Below, piece by piece: positions 19,637 to 30,428 of a stretch of DNA of 64,000 nt. Numbering within the stretch: the stretch's first letter is position 1; every line of letters begins with the position of its first letter. The DNA is from Candidatus Zhuqueibacterota bacterium. GTDB lineage: Bacteria > Zhuqueibacterota > Zhuqueibacteria > Thermofontimicrobiales > Thermofontimicrobiaceae. The translations under genes were made by a program, and so were the position numbers. The notes below the pieces were generated by a model. That model was not told where the DNA came from. It saw only the letters and a list, made by a program, of their open reading frames with translations, and did not search any database. Location: the NCBI GenBank assembly GCA_049322915.1, contig JBMOPW010000014.1, forward strand, positions 605,527 through 669,526. The letters are read 5' to 3'.

Positions 19637-20551
19637 TCATTCCGGAGGGAGCGTTGTCCCGCTCTGCATTTTTTCGGCAAACTCCTCGGCCTCGCGACGG
19701 GACAGGCCGGCGGTCAGGGCGGATGCCAGCCAGTTGGGCGACGCCGGCAGCGTGGCCAGCACTTTTTGCACAACCTGCCGTTCGAGCCGCGACAGATACA
19801 CCGAGTCTAACATATAATCTTCAAACGCTTCCCAGGTAATGGGCAGCGCGATTTTGACGATCGCAGCGATGGCTTCGGCATAGACGCGGATTTCGTGCTG
19901 GGCCGTGGGATGGAGTCGGAGTTGCAAAAAATGCAACAGATTGTGCAGATTGATTTTCCAGTACCATTCGGTATACAGAGAGACCGGCAGATGAATTCGG
20001 GCAAGCTCCCGCGCAATTTCGGCCTGCTCCATCTCTTCGTAAAGCGCAAACGACTCCTGCGCCTGGCGGGTTAAAATATCCAGCACGCGCGCCTGGAGCT
20101 CTGAGGGAACCGTCTCAGCCGATCCGCCCTGTCGATTGGTTTTGGATTGAAAACGAATCGCTTCCGGCGTTGGGGTGTAAAATTGATTGATCGCTTCGGA
20201 GTAGCGCAGCGAATATTCATTCACGCTGGCGGTGCGGTGCCGAATCCATTGCCGCGCCACGAAAATAGGCAGCTTGCAATGAAATTTGAATTCGACCATT
20301 TCGAACGGCGTGGTGTGCTGATGCCGCATCAGATAGCGGATCAGGCTCCGATCCTGTTGCACTTGTTTTGTCCCTTTGCCATAGGACACGCGCGCCGCCT
20401 GGACAATGGATTCGTCCGTGCCCATGTAATCGATGAGCCGGATAAAACCGTGATCCAGGCAGGGATATTCCTGACCCAGGATGGCATTGAGCCGCGGATT
20501 TTCTTTTCGTTCCATCATTTGATTGGCGCTCCCTGTTTGTTTTTGGAGCAT
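19637..20551 (-). CDS. thyX: FAD-dependent thymidylate synthase
   Basis: AARVSY, HTTPFE, RQWIRHRTASVNEYSLRY ThyX motif, AQHEIR. Confidence 0.96.
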   Translation of the reverse strand: MLQKQTGSANQMMERKENPRLNAILGQEYPCLDHGFIRLIDYMGTDESIVQAARVSYGKGTKQVQQDRSLIRYLMRHQHTTPFEMVEFKFHCKLPIFVARQWIRHRTASVNEYSLRYSEAINQFYTPTPEAIRFQSKTNRQGGSAETVPSELQARVLDILTRQAQESFALYEEMEQAEIARELARIHLPVSLYTEWYWKINLHNLLHFLQLRLHPTAQHEIRVYAEAIAAIVKIALPITWEAFEDYMLDSVYLSRLERQVVQKVLATLPASPNWLASALTAGLSRREAEEFAEKMQSGTTLPPE

Positions 20552-20577
20552 TAATATAGAAAAAACTCAGGTAAGAG

Positions 20578-22221
20578 TCAATTTATTTTATAGAAAAACG
20601 TATCTTCGTTGTTGATGTAATTATCGAAAATGCGATAGGATCGAATCAGCCGAACATTGCTCAGATAGTCAGGCATTTTCTTGCGCAGCCGGTCCAGTTC
20701 ATTTTTATCCTGCAAAATGAGGAAGCGGGGCTTCTGCTGCAAGAAGCGGTGCCGTTCAGTTTCCTCCCTGAAACGGATGTTGACGGCTTTGATGCTCAGT
20801 TCTGTGGCAACGAGCGGGGCAATATCCCCGGCAATCACGCGATCCTGTTTCGGCGCGAGCATGATGGTTTGCTCAATGTCCTTCATCGCCGAGTGATACG
20901 AATATCGGATGCCGGCGTGATAATGCCCAATCTGAAAAATATTCAGACCGAGCATGAGTCCCAATAGACCAAAGGCGATTCGGCCCGGTCGTTGAATTTT
21001 CGGGAGGAAACTGAGCAGCAGGATGGCTGCCAGCGAAACCAGCGGCAGAAAGCAACTCAGGTAATAATGGCCGTCGCGCATCAGTCGGAATATACCGAAA
21101 CCGATTTGCAGACCGGCGACCAGGGCGGTGACGAGCAATAGCAACTGGTGTTGCCGGCGTTGCAGTAAATACTCCCCTCGAATCAGCCTGGCTAAAAAGA
21201 GGCTGGCGAGACCGAAAATGACAGGCGTCAGAATCAGCGAAAAACGCGGCGGGGAATAGGCGAAGAAACCTAAAAACAGGAATGCGCACAACGCCCAGCC
21301 GGCGAAGAATTGTTCTGCAAAAGTGATCGGCTTGTTCCTGACCCGGTTGAGCAGAATGAGTCCGGCGTGGAAAAGAGCCAACGTGTAGGTCACTGGCATG
21401 AACTGAAATAGCTTTAAATTAACGAGATAACGGCCGTAGTTCTCTAAAATCCGGGCAGGAGAAAAACTGAACTTCGCCGCGACATTCAATTGGGTGAAGT
21501 AGCGCCAATCGGCCTGGTGCGGAAGCACCCAGACAAGAAAGCTGATTACGGCCAACAGCGCCACGGCGACCAATAGCAGAAGCAGGTGCTTTATTTTCGA
21601 GCGCCGGGGTTGGGTCGTTGAAAAAATAGCGAGCAAAAAGAGCGGACTGAAAAAGAGGATGGTCGGCTTCACAAAAAAGCCGGCGACAAAGAACAGGGCA
21701 GACACAAGAAGCCAGACGAGTCTGGTTTTTCTTTGGTAGAGAAAAAGGAAAAGCGTGATCGCCATTAAAAACAAAACCAGTAGATTTTCAATCAGCGCCA
21801 GGCGATTGTAGATGATGAAAAAGTAATTGCTGGCGCCAAGCGCGAGCGCCATCCACGCGGCCTGCCGATTCGCCGGGCGGAGCAGAATCCAAAGCAGGAG
21901 CAGGGAGCACAGCCCGTAAGCAATGCCTCCGAGGCGAAGGGCGGTGAGGCTCTTTCCGAACATTTTCAAAATCACATATTGAAAAACGGAGAAGATCGGG
22001 ACATTGGAGATAGGATTGTAATCGTCGGGTAGAAACCATTGGCCGAATAGCGCCTTGTTCACGGCGTTGTGGGCGTATGTCCCTTCATCCACATAAAAAA
22101 CGCCGGAGCGGGAAATATCCCCGGCCGGGGCGTCGCCGGCGAGATGCGGGTAGCGAAACAAAAATGCAGCCAGGAGAATGAGCAGCAGCGGGATGAGGCT
22201 ATTTTTTACATGGATGGTCAT
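20578..22221 (-). CDS. GT-C fold (ArnT/PMT-like) membrane glycosyltransferase
   Basis: Early DE motif (VDEGTY), many transmembrane helices, adjacent GT2. Confidence 0.75.
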   Translation of the reverse strand: MTIHVKNSLIPLLLILLAAFLFRYPHLAGDAPAGDISRSGVFYVDEGTYAHNAVNKALFGQWFLPDDYNPISNVPIFSVFQYVILKMFGKSLTALRLGGIAYGLCSLLLLWILLRPANRQAAWMALALGASNYFFIIYNRLALIENLLVLFLMAITLFLFLYQRKTRLVWLLVSALFFVAGFFVKPTILFFSPLFLLAIFSTTQPRRSKIKHLLLLLVAVALLAVISFLVWVLPHQADWRYFTQLNVAAKFSFSPARILENYGRYLVNLKLFQFMPVTYTLALFHAGLILLNRVRNKPITFAEQFFAGWALCAFLFLGFFAYSPPRFSLILTPVIFGLASLFLARLIRGEYLLQRRQHQLLLLVTALVAGLQIGFGIFRLMRDGHYYLSCFLPLVSLAAILLLSFLPKIQRPGRIAFGLLGLMLGLNIFQIGHYHAGIRYSYHSAMKDIEQTIMLAPKQDRVIAGDIAPLVATELSIKAVNIRFREETERHRFLQQKPRFLILQDKNELDRLRKKMPDYLSNVRLIRSYRIFDNYINNEDTFFYKIN

Positions 22222-22253
22222 GGTTTTTTCAATGTCTCCGCCGGAACGAAATT

Positions 22254-22967
22254 TTAATCGACAAAGCGGTACTTTATCAGCGTCCAGACAGCCGGGAAGA
22301 AATCCTTCCAGGAAATTTTCTTGCCCTCTTCGTAGCTGCGGCCATAATAGGTGATGGGCACTTCCACCACCCGCAGCTTTGATTTGAAAACTTTGGCGGT
22401 CAATTCCGGCTCCAGATCAAAATGGTTCGAGCGAATGGTCATACTTTTGAAGAACTCGCTGCGAAAGAGTTTGTAGCCGCATTCCATGTCGGTCAGAATT
22501 GTGTTGTACAGAAGATTCGAGATGATGTTCAATATTTTATTGGCGACCAGATTCCAAAAGTAGAACGCGCGGTGCGCCCCGGTGAACCGGGAGCCATACA
22601 CGACATCGGCCTGGTCCGAGAGAAGCGGCGCCAACAGATTGGGGTATTCTTCCGGCTGATACTCCAGGTCCGCGTCCTGAATGATGACATAATCGCCGGA
22701 AACGTGAGGCTGCGCCGTTCGGACGGCCGCGCCCTTGCCCAGGGTGCGGTCGTGATAAAATGTCAGAATGTTTGGTCGATTGAGTTCATGCAGAAATTGC
22801 TGGGTGCCATCGGTGGAAAAATCGTCCACGATGATGATTTCGGTGTGATAGGGCAGAGCCAGAATTCGATCCACGATGCGAGGAAGCGTTTCCCGTTCAT
22901 TGAGTACCGGAATGATGACAGAAATTTTGAAGGCCGGCGAATGTGAACGTGGTTTCGAAGGGTTCAT
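22254..22967 (-). CDS. GT2 glycosyltransferase (polyprenol-phosphate sugar synthase-like)
   Basis: SVIIPVLNE, VDDFSTDGT, GKGAA, QDADLEY, VYGSRF. Confidence 0.92.
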   Translation of the reverse strand: MNPSKPRSHSPAFKISVIIPVLNERETLPRIVDRILALPYHTEIIIVDDFSTDGTQQFLHELNRPNILTFYHDRTLGKGAAVRTAQPHVSGDYVIIQDADLEYQPEEYPNLLAPLLSDQADVVYGSRFTGAHRAFYFWNLVANKILNIISNLLYNTILTDMECGYKLFRSEFFKSMTIRSNHFDLEPELTAKVFKSKLRVVEVPITYYGRSYEEGKKISWKDFFPAVWTLIKYRFVD

Positions 22968-23011
22968 CAGGTCTGTGCGTGACTAATTTTTAATTCAATG
23001 GAATTTAGTGT

Positions 23012-23668
23012 CTACAGATGAAAGGCAGCTCCGGTGAAAATGTAACTGAAAAATTTGACGAATGGATTTAGAATAAGTTGAATCACCGGTATCCGGGTGA
23101 CAAAACCGAATACGATGAGGACGATTAAAATTGTTGGGCCGTAATGCAGATATGGACTCAGTTTCAATTCATATTTCTGAGGAAAAAGGCCCATGATGAT
23201 TTTCGATCCGTCCAGCGGCGGAATGGGCAGAAAATTGAACACAGCCAGTACAATGTTGATCACCAGGCCATAGGCTAACATATATTTCACCAGCCCGGCC
23301 GCGTCGAGGTCATAGTAATAGAGGCCGTCAACGCCGGCGATGCGGCAGGCGATTCCGAAGAGCAGGGCGAGGCTGAGATTCATCATTGGCCCGGCCAGTG
23401 AAATCCACAGCATGTCGCGATGGGGATTCTTCAATAACGCAGGATTGACCGGCACTGGTTTCGCCCAGCCAATCTGGACGATGAAAAGCATGGCCGTCCC
23501 TAAAATATCCAGGTGCGCCAGAGGATTCAGCGTCAATCGTCCCATACTTTTGGCGGTGGAGTCGCCCAATCGGTTCGCGACAAACGCATGGGCATATTCA
23601 TGAAGCGTCAACGCCAGCAAAATAGGAATGGCGCTGATGAGATAGAATTTCACAATATTGGGATCCAC
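23012..23668 (-). CDS. Site-2 protease (M50)
   Basis: HEYAH, AGP, FNFLPIPPLDG. Confidence 0.93.
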   Translation of the reverse strand: MDPNIVKFYLISAIPILLALTLHEYAHAFVANRLGDSTAKSMGRLTLNPLAHLDILGTAMLFIVQIGWAKPVPVNPALLKNPHRDMLWISLAGPMMNLSLALLFGIACRIAGVDGLYYYDLDAAGLVKYMLAYGLVINIVLAVFNFLPIPPLDGSKIIMGLFPQKYELKLSPYLHYGPTILIVLIVFGFVTRIPVIQLILNPFVKFFSYIFTGAAFHL

Positions 23669-23693
23669 AGGTTGCTCCTGGATTACTGATAGG

Positions 23694-25490
23694 TTACTCT
23701 TTTACAATGGCAAATTTTTTCATATCGATGGTATCGCCCACACGCAGCAGAGCGAGATACACGCCGCTGCTGACAGGGTCGCCGTTCTGATTCCGGCCAT
23801 CCCATTCAAAGATGCGGTAATTGTAGCTTGGCGGATCAAACTCGGTTTGGGTCATAAGTCGTCCGTCCGAAGAGAAGATGGCGATTTGCCCGGCCTTTTC
23901 CTCGGTCACAACATAAGTGATAGTCAGCGAGCGATTTTCATTCAATAAAAAAGGACTGGGATAAATGTTCTCGATAAAATTTTTATTCTGATCTCCATCG
24001 ATAACGTAGGGCGGGTAAAACTGGATGATTTCGTGATTGTTATCGGCATCGGTGACGACCGCCCGGGCGAACCAATTCTCCTGATCCTCGACGTTCAGCC
24101 GGATGCCAATGTGATTGTTCAATTTGACGAGGTTATTATCAATGAAAAAATTGGGATCATCGAGATGGTCCTCCGAAAGCGCCACGATGTTAATGGCAAA
24201 TGAGGCGAAATCTGTCTTGAGATAGTTCGCGTCCGGAATTTCAAAATTCGTGATGATCAAGCCAATCGCATGTTTGGAAAAAGGGTCATCCAGCGAGTAA
24301 TGAATCGACGAGAGCTTTCGCATCTGCTCATCGAGATTTATATTCTGATTCTGGAACAGTAGGTCTTTTTCACAGTTGACTTCCGGGTAGGTATTCCCCT
24401 CGGCATAGTAGTGGAGCGTGTCTGCCCGGCTACCGGTGAGATAATTCCACAAACCGTACTCCTTCAACTCCGTTTGAAAATTAGTCTCTCTGTAAAGCAG
24501 CGCCTGCTGGATGGATGTGAACGCGGTCTGTTCGGGAATAGATTCCCAGACATTCCGGATGAAATCAGTATTATATTTTTTGACAATCATGTGCAGCCAG
24601 ATGGAATTGGCGTATTCATAATTGTTATTGGTGAAGTAAAACGGGTAGTTGATATCTTTGAAAAAACTGTCCAGATAATAAAGGTAATCATTGACGTTGT
24701 CGTAGGCATAATCTTCCATCCAGGTCGAGCACATTTCCATAAAAAAAGCATCATTGTCACGATACCGATAACCGACCTGCACGACGTGGAAATATTCGTG
24801 CGCTGCGGTCACGGCCAGCGCCTGCATAGGGGCGGTCGGAACATGGCGGTAATCATTGTCGATTTCAATGTAGCACGAATAGGCGCCCGGTTTTCCAGGG
24901 ACGGATTGCTCCAGCCAGGTGATTCCGTAATCCGACATGTTGATGATGTAAACATCGAATTGGTTGCCGGTGCCGCCGGAGTCGGCCGGGGGCGAATTGA
25001 AGCCCAACTGATTCACAATGAGGTCGTGAGCGTAATCGAAATAGCCAGCGGCGCTGTCCACAAAATCCGGGACGCCATTTTTATTGGCGTCGGCCGGATC
25101 GACGGCGCCATAGGCCAGTGGTTCGGTTGTGTAGTGGATGCAAAATTGACCGCCGGGGCTGATGTAGCTTTTCGGCAGGACCGGCCGCGACATATACCCG
25201 GACAATGTGGTTTGCGCGGTTATACTCAGTTTGTCCCAATTGGCTTTGATCTCCTGAATCAATCGCGTGCCGCCGCGATAGGGCATTGCGGCTGGTTCAG
25301 CCTGGAATGTCTGTGGCAGCCGCGATGGATCGAACAGGCTGAGGGCGCTGTAGACAAGGTAATTTTCGTGTGTCAATTCGCCGCGCGCGTAGGCCGAGCT
25401 GATGGTCGACTGCATATCCTGACTGTGGGCTGAATGGATGAACAGAAATAATATGATCCAACTGCTGCTGAATTTGAAAATGCGTTTCAA
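23694..25490 (-). CDS. Secreted zinc metalloprotease (MXAN_6640-like) with FlgD-Ig/T9SS-type tail
   Basis: IEIDND, TAAHEYFHVVQ, E...TWMED, WDGRN..G..VSSGVY. Confidence 0.8.
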   Translation of the reverse strand: MKRIFKFSSSWIILFLFIHSAHSQDMQSTISSAYARGELTHENYLVYSALSLFDPSRLPQTFQAEPAAMPYRGGTRLIQEIKANWDKLSITAQTTLSGYMSRPVLPKSYISPGGQFCIHYTTEPLAYGAVDPADANKNGVPDFVDSAAGYFDYAHDLIVNQLGFNSPPADSGGTGNQFDVYIINMSDYGITWLEQSVPGKPGAYSCYIEIDNDYRHVPTAPMQALAVTAAHEYFHVVQVGYRYRDNDAFFMEMCSTWMEDYAYDNVNDYLYYLDSFFKDINYPFYFTNNNYEYANSIWLHMIVKKYNTDFIRNVWESIPEQTAFTSIQQALLYRETNFQTELKEYGLWNYLTGSRADTLHYYAEGNTYPEVNCEKDLLFQNQNINLDEQMRKLSSIHYSLDDPFSKHAIGLIITNFEIPDANYLKTDFASFAINIVALSEDHLDDPNFFIDNNLVKLNNHIGIRLNVEDQENWFARAVVTDADNNHEIIQFYPPYVIDGDQNKNFIENIYPSPFLLNENRSLTITYVVTEEKAGQIAIFSSDGRLMTQTEFDPPSYNYRIFEWDGRNQNGDPVSSGVYLALLRVGDTIDMKKFAIVKE

Positions 25491-25493
25491 CGT

Positions 25494-26807
25494 CTATTTT
25501 CTCCTGAAAACGAGGGTCAAAGGAATTCCGAAAAATCCGAATTGCTCTCTGAGTTTATTCTCCAGAAAGGCGCGATAGTTGGCTTTAATGAGCTCCGGCC
25601 GACTGCAGAAAAATGCGAAGACCGGCGGTTTGGTTTTGATTTGCGTGCAATATTTGATTTTAATTTCCTTGCCTGAAACAGAGGCCGGCGGCGTTTTCGC
25701 GATGATCGGTTCAAAATACTCATTGAGTTCGCTGGTGGCAATTTTCCTGGATCGCTCTTCGTGAATCGATATGGCGATTTCTATCACTCTGAAAATGCGC
25801 TGCCGGGTCATGGCGGAAATGAAGATGATTGGCAAATAGCTGATATAGGGCAATTCACTCTTTATGTTCCGCTCATATTCCATGGCAGTGCGCGTGTCCT
25901 TTTCAATCAGATCCCATTTATTTATAGCAAGTAAAATCGCTTTTTTGAACCGAACCGCCTCTTCGATGACTTTCTTATCCTGATCGGTCACGCCTTCTAT
26001 GGCGTCGATGATCACCACAGCCACATCGCAGCGCTGAATCGAAGAAATGCTGCGCACCGTGCTGAAATACTCCACCGCTTCCTTCACCTTGGATCGCCTC
26101 CGCAACCCGGCGGTATCGATGAGCAGTAACTTCCTGCCGTAATAGAAAAATTCGGTGTCGATGGAGTCGCGCGTCGTGCCCGGAATATCCGTCACAATCA
26201 GTTTCTCCTCGCCCAAAATGGCGTTCACAAAAGAGGACTTGCCGACATTGGGTTTGCCTACCACAGCGATTTTGATTTCCGCGGCGGTCGGCTCCTCTTT
26301 GTCCACGGTCTTGGGGAAAAATTGGATGACATGGTCGAGAAAATCGCCGATGTTCCTGCCGCCGATGGCAGAGATGGGAATCGGGGTTCCCAATCCCAAT
26401 TGGTAAAACTCGCCCAGATCCAGTTCGCGGAATTCATTGTCCACCTTGTTCACGCCCAGCACAATGGGCTTTTCAGCACGGATCAAAATTCTCGCAATCT
26501 CCGCGTCCAGGGCTGTGACGCCGACTGTCACATCCGCGACCATGACAATGACATGGGCCTCGGCGATGGCCTGGTGCACCTGACTCAACACGGCCTGCTG
26601 AATGAGATTTTCGGTCTCCGGCAGATAGCCGCCTGTGTCAATCAGGTTGAAACTGACATTGTTCCATTCAGCGTCGGCATATTTTCGGTCGCGTGTGACG
26701 CCCGGCTGATCGTCCACAATGGCTTCCCGTTTTCGAATGATGCGATTGAACAGAGTGGACTTCCCGACATTGGGGCGTCCGATAATTGCGAGGATTGGTT
26801 TTTTCAT
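25494..26807 (-). CDS. der: Ribosome biogenesis GTPase Der (EngA)
   Basis: Two GTPase domains (GRPNVGKS; GKPNVGKS, DTAG) plus KH-like tail. Confidence 0.97.
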   Translation of the reverse strand: MKKPILAIIGRPNVGKSTLFNRIIRKREAIVDDQPGVTRDRKYADAEWNNVSFNLIDTGGYLPETENLIQQAVLSQVHQAIAEAHVIVMVADVTVGVTALDAEIARILIRAEKPIVLGVNKVDNEFRELDLGEFYQLGLGTPIPISAIGGRNIGDFLDHVIQFFPKTVDKEEPTAAEIKIAVVGKPNVGKSSFVNAILGEEKLIVTDIPGTTRDSIDTEFFYYGRKLLLIDTAGLRRRSKVKEAVEYFSTVRSISSIQRCDVAVVIIDAIEGVTDQDKKVIEEAVRFKKAILLAINKWDLIEKDTRTAMEYERNIKSELPYISYLPIIFISAMTRQRIFRVIEIAISIHEERSRKIATSELNEYFEPIIAKTPPASVSGKEIKIKYCTQIKTKPPVFAFFCSRPELIKANYRAFLENKLREQFGFFGIPLTLVFRRK

Positions 26808-26964
26808 GACACTCTCAGTTCTGTTCCGGCTATATTGTTTTCGTCGAATGACAAAACTGTCCTTTAAGTAGAAATCGAGTATGGACTGCGTCTAAGGCAG
26901 TCCCGAACATTTACAACTAAAGTATCAATTTGAATCTGGTTGAACTCAGTACCGGCGCATGGCG

Positions 26965-28245
26965 TCAGCCGATCTTTTCCAGCAATTCGAGGAAATCATC
27001 CGCGACGATCTCCACTTTCGAGTTCAATTTATGCTCCAAATCGGAGACGGTCCAGTCGTCCAGAAAAAGCCCATCGAAATTCAAACAATTGGCCGGCAGC
27101 ACGATGATGTCCCGGGGCGGGACCAGGCTGAGTTGCTTGAAAATATCCTGCCCGCTGAGCAGGCCGGTGACGGTGACGCTGGGTCCGTAAAATTCATTCG
27201 TGATCGTTGCCACTGAAATCGATAGGCCCCCGATTCGGGCCAAAGCCGGTTCGACCCATTGCTTTATCACCGGTGTCGCCGATAGGGCGCTGACCAGCAC
27301 CATCGACAGGGGGCGTGTTATTCTATGCGGGAATAGCGGTATTTGTTCCTTCACCCGATCAATGAACGCGCGGGTCATTCCCACTCCGTTTTCTATTTGC
27401 GCAAAATCTTCGTAGCGTTCAGCCCCCGGCAATTCGATATTGGCTTTGAGATAGAATTCGTCAGCGAGATAAACAATATAATCATCGCATTTCGTTTTGA
27501 ACGAATTGGCGATAGGCTCGATGGCATGAATCAGCGCAGCAGAGTAGCTTTCAGTCACCGGCCGCAACGGATAGAGTCCATCCCGATGTCGGGTGAGACC
27601 CAGCGGGACGATAGCGATCGTGCGCAGATTCGGGTGAAACGCGGCCAGATCATGAATCGTTTTCGTCAGAAGATCGCCGTCATTAATGCCGGGGCAGAGC
27701 ACAATTTGTGCGTGAATTTCGATATGGTTCTCAACGAGGAACTGAATCTTGTCCAAAAGCCGATCGTCGTTTTTCAGCCCCAGCATGAGCTTCCGTGTGG
27801 CCAGATCGGTGCTGTGAACGGAGATGTACAGCGGCGACAACCTTTGCCCGACGATGCGAGCCAGATCTTTTTTGCTGACATTGGTCATCGTGACGTAATT
27901 GCCATACAGGAACGAGAGTCGGAAATCTTCATCCTTGAAGTAGAGCGCCGGGCGCAGATCGGGCGGATTCTGATCCACAAAACAAAAGATGCAGGAATTG
28001 CCGCAACTGCGATACCTGGTCTCTTCAAAAATTATTCCCAGCGGGTCGTCGAAGTCCTTTTCAATCTCGAAAATCCATGGCTCGCCCTGTCGCACGATTT
28101 CGATCTCCAGTTCTTCTTCAGCGCTGTGAAACTGATAATCGATGATATCCCGGCAGGGGAATCCGTTGATTTTAAGCACGTCGTCGTCGATGAGCAGACC
28201 GGCGTCTTCGGCCAGACTATCTATTTCAAAATCAATTATTTTCAT
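26965..28245 (-). CDS. DUF512 radical-SAM-like Fe-S protein with N-terminal PDZ-like domain
   Basis: CGNSCIFCFVDQ, KDEDFRLSFL.GNY, PLYISVH, QIENGVG; usual neighbour of der. Confidence 0.9.
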   Translation of the reverse strand: MKIIDFEIDSLAEDAGLLIDDDVLKINGFPCRDIIDYQFHSAEEELEIEIVRQGEPWIFEIEKDFDDPLGIIFEETRYRSCGNSCIFCFVDQNPPDLRPALYFKDEDFRLSFLYGNYVTMTNVSKKDLARIVGQRLSPLYISVHSTDLATRKLMLGLKNDDRLLDKIQFLVENHIEIHAQIVLCPGINDGDLLTKTIHDLAAFHPNLRTIAIVPLGLTRHRDGLYPLRPVTESYSAALIHAIEPIANSFKTKCDDYIVYLADEFYLKANIELPGAERYEDFAQIENGVGMTRAFIDRVKEQIPLFPHRITRPLSMVLVSALSATPVIKQWVEPALARIGGLSISVATITNEFYGPSVTVTGLLSGQDIFKQLSLVPPRDIIVLPANCLNFDGLFLDDWTVSDLEHKLNSKVEIVADDFLELLEKIG

Positions 28246-28317
28246 GAAAATTCCGCAGCAGAAAAATAGGTTCGATCAGCAAGGAAACGGATGATGTCAT
28301 CCGTCGGATCAATAAAC

Positions 28318-28347
28318 AAAAATCCCGGCGGACAATTGCCGGGATTA
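28318..28347 (-). terminator. Rho-independent terminator after the envelope operon
   Basis: aatcccggc...gccgggatt hairpin followed by a T-run on the minus strand. Confidence 0.7.
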
Positions 28348-28498
28348 AAGCCAACTCAGTAACGCCAGGCATGTTCACCAGCACCGCTGGAACTTGCGCA
28401 GGGCGCTGGAAATCCTGTTCTCGCTCATTATGTTGCTTTGAAATCCTGAGTCATAGTCTGTTCTAACCGCGGGTCAAAGACGCGCAACTTCAACCCGG

Positions 28499-29239
28499 TT
28501 ACTTGTTTGCATCTCGCTCTAAATTCCATTTGACCCAATCGTCCTGGGTGTCTATGGCCGAGTTAATTTTGGATTGGTAATACTTCCCATCCTGCCGCAC
28601 TTCAATCTGATAGCCAGCCACAATCCGCACCCATTGATCCAGGGATACCTGGAACGGTCCGGGAACCTGAGTCGGACCCGGCACTTCGTGTGGCGGCTGA
28701 TAGATTTTTTGCTCCTTTGGCGCTGCTGAATCTTTGTGGGCTGAGGTCAATGGCCCGACATCGACGGCGCCCTCGTAAACCAGGACTTTCGTGCTGGAGT
28801 CCGCATCGACCCGGTAAATAGTACCGCGGATGGAGCAGACTGCGGTCGGAGTTCGCATTTCGAACGAGCTCTTCTTTTTGAGCGTCTTGATATTCGCCCA
28901 GACCCGGCCGGTTGTCACTTCAGAATTGAGGTTGGTCAAATTGGTTTTGCTCAGGATGATCGATGAATTTTCCCCAATACGGATCAGACTTTTATCATTC
29001 AGTTTAATTTCGCAGCGGGATTCAGCTCGAGTCATGATCTGGTCGCCATTAAAGACCGGTTGATAAAGCTTTGCATTGACCCATTCTTGCTGGTCGGCGT
29101 GGAGGATGGTGACATCGCCTTCATCGCCCAGAATGAAAGTTATTTTTCCCAATGAATCCTGTTGAGATGCGACATTTCCTGTGATGAGCAGGGTCAGTAG
29201 CAGCAGACTTACGGCTTTGAAAATAGGTGTGGTTTTCAT
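28499..29239 (-). CDS. Secreted FecR-domain protein
   Basis: Signal peptide; GDQI.T...S..EI...D.S.IRIGENS; TPTAVCSIRGT; VYEGAV. Confidence 0.85.
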   Translation of the reverse strand: MKTTPIFKAVSLLLLTLLITGNVASQQDSLGKITFILGDEGDVTILHADQQEWVNAKLYQPVFNGDQIMTRAESRCEIKLNDKSLIRIGENSSIILSKTNLTNLNSEVTTGRVWANIKTLKKKSSFEMRTPTAVCSIRGTIYRVDADSSTKVLVYEGAVDVGPLTSAHKDSAAPKEQKIYQPPHEVPGPTQVPGPFQVSLDQWVRIVAGYQIEVRQDGKYYQSKINSAIDTQDDWVKWNLERDANK

Positions 29240-29273
29240 AGTTCACTCCCCACGTTTGGCAGATCACTGTTAA

Positions 29274-30299
29274 TTATTTCGACAACGTGTCGGTTGAATT
29301 GCTGAAGAATTTGACAATATCGCCTCTCTCGATTCGCTTCCCCAAAAGAACTTTTGCGCGGGATACTTTATCACCGATGAAACCGGTGACCCTGATCCTG
29401 GCTTTCACCTTCGCTATATTCAGCGCGGCATCTGTGGCAATGTCAACAGAATCCGTCTGTGAAACTATCGGTTCATACACATCGAATAATTGTCCGGCCT
29501 GCACACCAGCGCCGATTCCAGGTGTGAAATAGACCAGTGTATCGGCCAGGGCTTGCACGACCTTTCCGTTCCAATCAATTTTCCCCACATGTGCGACGAT
29601 GCCAATGGAGATTTCATTCACTGCTTTTCGGATCGCTGTCCCTAAAATCGTCTGGTCAAATTCAAACATATTTGTAAAGTCGATCTCTTTTGTCTCGAAT
29701 CCGAAACCTGGCTTTATCTCCGTCGTGGTCACGTCATCGGCCTGCAGAATTTCCCCGCTGGATGAATTGATCAGTTTGTAATGGATACGCGTGTTGGCAA
29801 TGGTTGCCTTCAGCGCCAGTCCCCATTTGTTTTTTTCATTATCAAATTTGTGCGCGCCGGTCTCCTGGTTGGCTTCAAGAATTTTTCCAATGATCAGTGT
29901 TTCCGCGCCCAGCAGCTTTCCAATGGCCGGCGCTGTGGTCTCGGTGATTACGCCGGATTGGCCGATCGCTTGCTCCTGAAGTATCTGCTCCAATCGGGAT
30001 CGCTCCACCACGATGAATCGATCCGAGCGTACCAATTGTGTGACCAGCATGTCGGCGACAGCGCTGCCGATTTTTTCACTGCCATGTTCGGAGACATTTT
30101 CAAAGTCGAACACAGCGATTGTTTTTTTCAGTCCGGAATACGGGCTGAATTCCGGCCCCCGGACTATGGTATCAGTTCGAAACCGCGTGAGTTCCGGGAT
30201 GCCGGCGCAGCCAAAATTCAGTAATGCCGCAAAAAAAAAGAATGAAAGAACGAAGCGAGCTTTTCCCCAGGTGAGCGCTGAGAAACGCTTGGGTGCCAT
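29274..30299 (-). CDS. CsgG/HfaB-family lipoprotein with FlgT-C-like tail
   Basis: Lipobox FGC, IAVFDFEN, F.VVER..L..IL.EQ, IGKLLGA, G...GV..G..F.VY. Confidence 0.85.
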   Translation of the reverse strand: MAPKRFSALTWGKARFVLSFFFFAALLNFGCAGIPELTRFRTDTIVRGPEFSPYSGLKKTIAVFDFENVSEHGSEKIGSAVADMLVTQLVRSDRFIVVERSRLEQILQEQAIGQSGVITETTAPAIGKLLGAETLIIGKILEANQETGAHKFDNEKNKWGLALKATIANTRIHYKLINSSSGEILQADDVTTTEIKPGFGFETKEIDFTNMFEFDQTILGTAIRKAVNEISIGIVAHVGKIDWNGKVVQALADTLVYFTPGIGAGVQAGQLFDVYEPIVSQTDSVDIATDAALNIAKVKARIRVTGFIGDKVSRAKVLLGKRIERGDIVKFFSNSTDTLSK

Positions 30300-30428
30300 T
30301 TTTTCCCTCCGAATGGAACACACGAACAATGACTTTTTTCAAGCAGGTGCGAATAAACAGCAGAGGAACCCGTATCGCGCGACGGATTCCTCATGCGTTA
30401 TTCCTGGAACATACCTGTGTACCAATGA

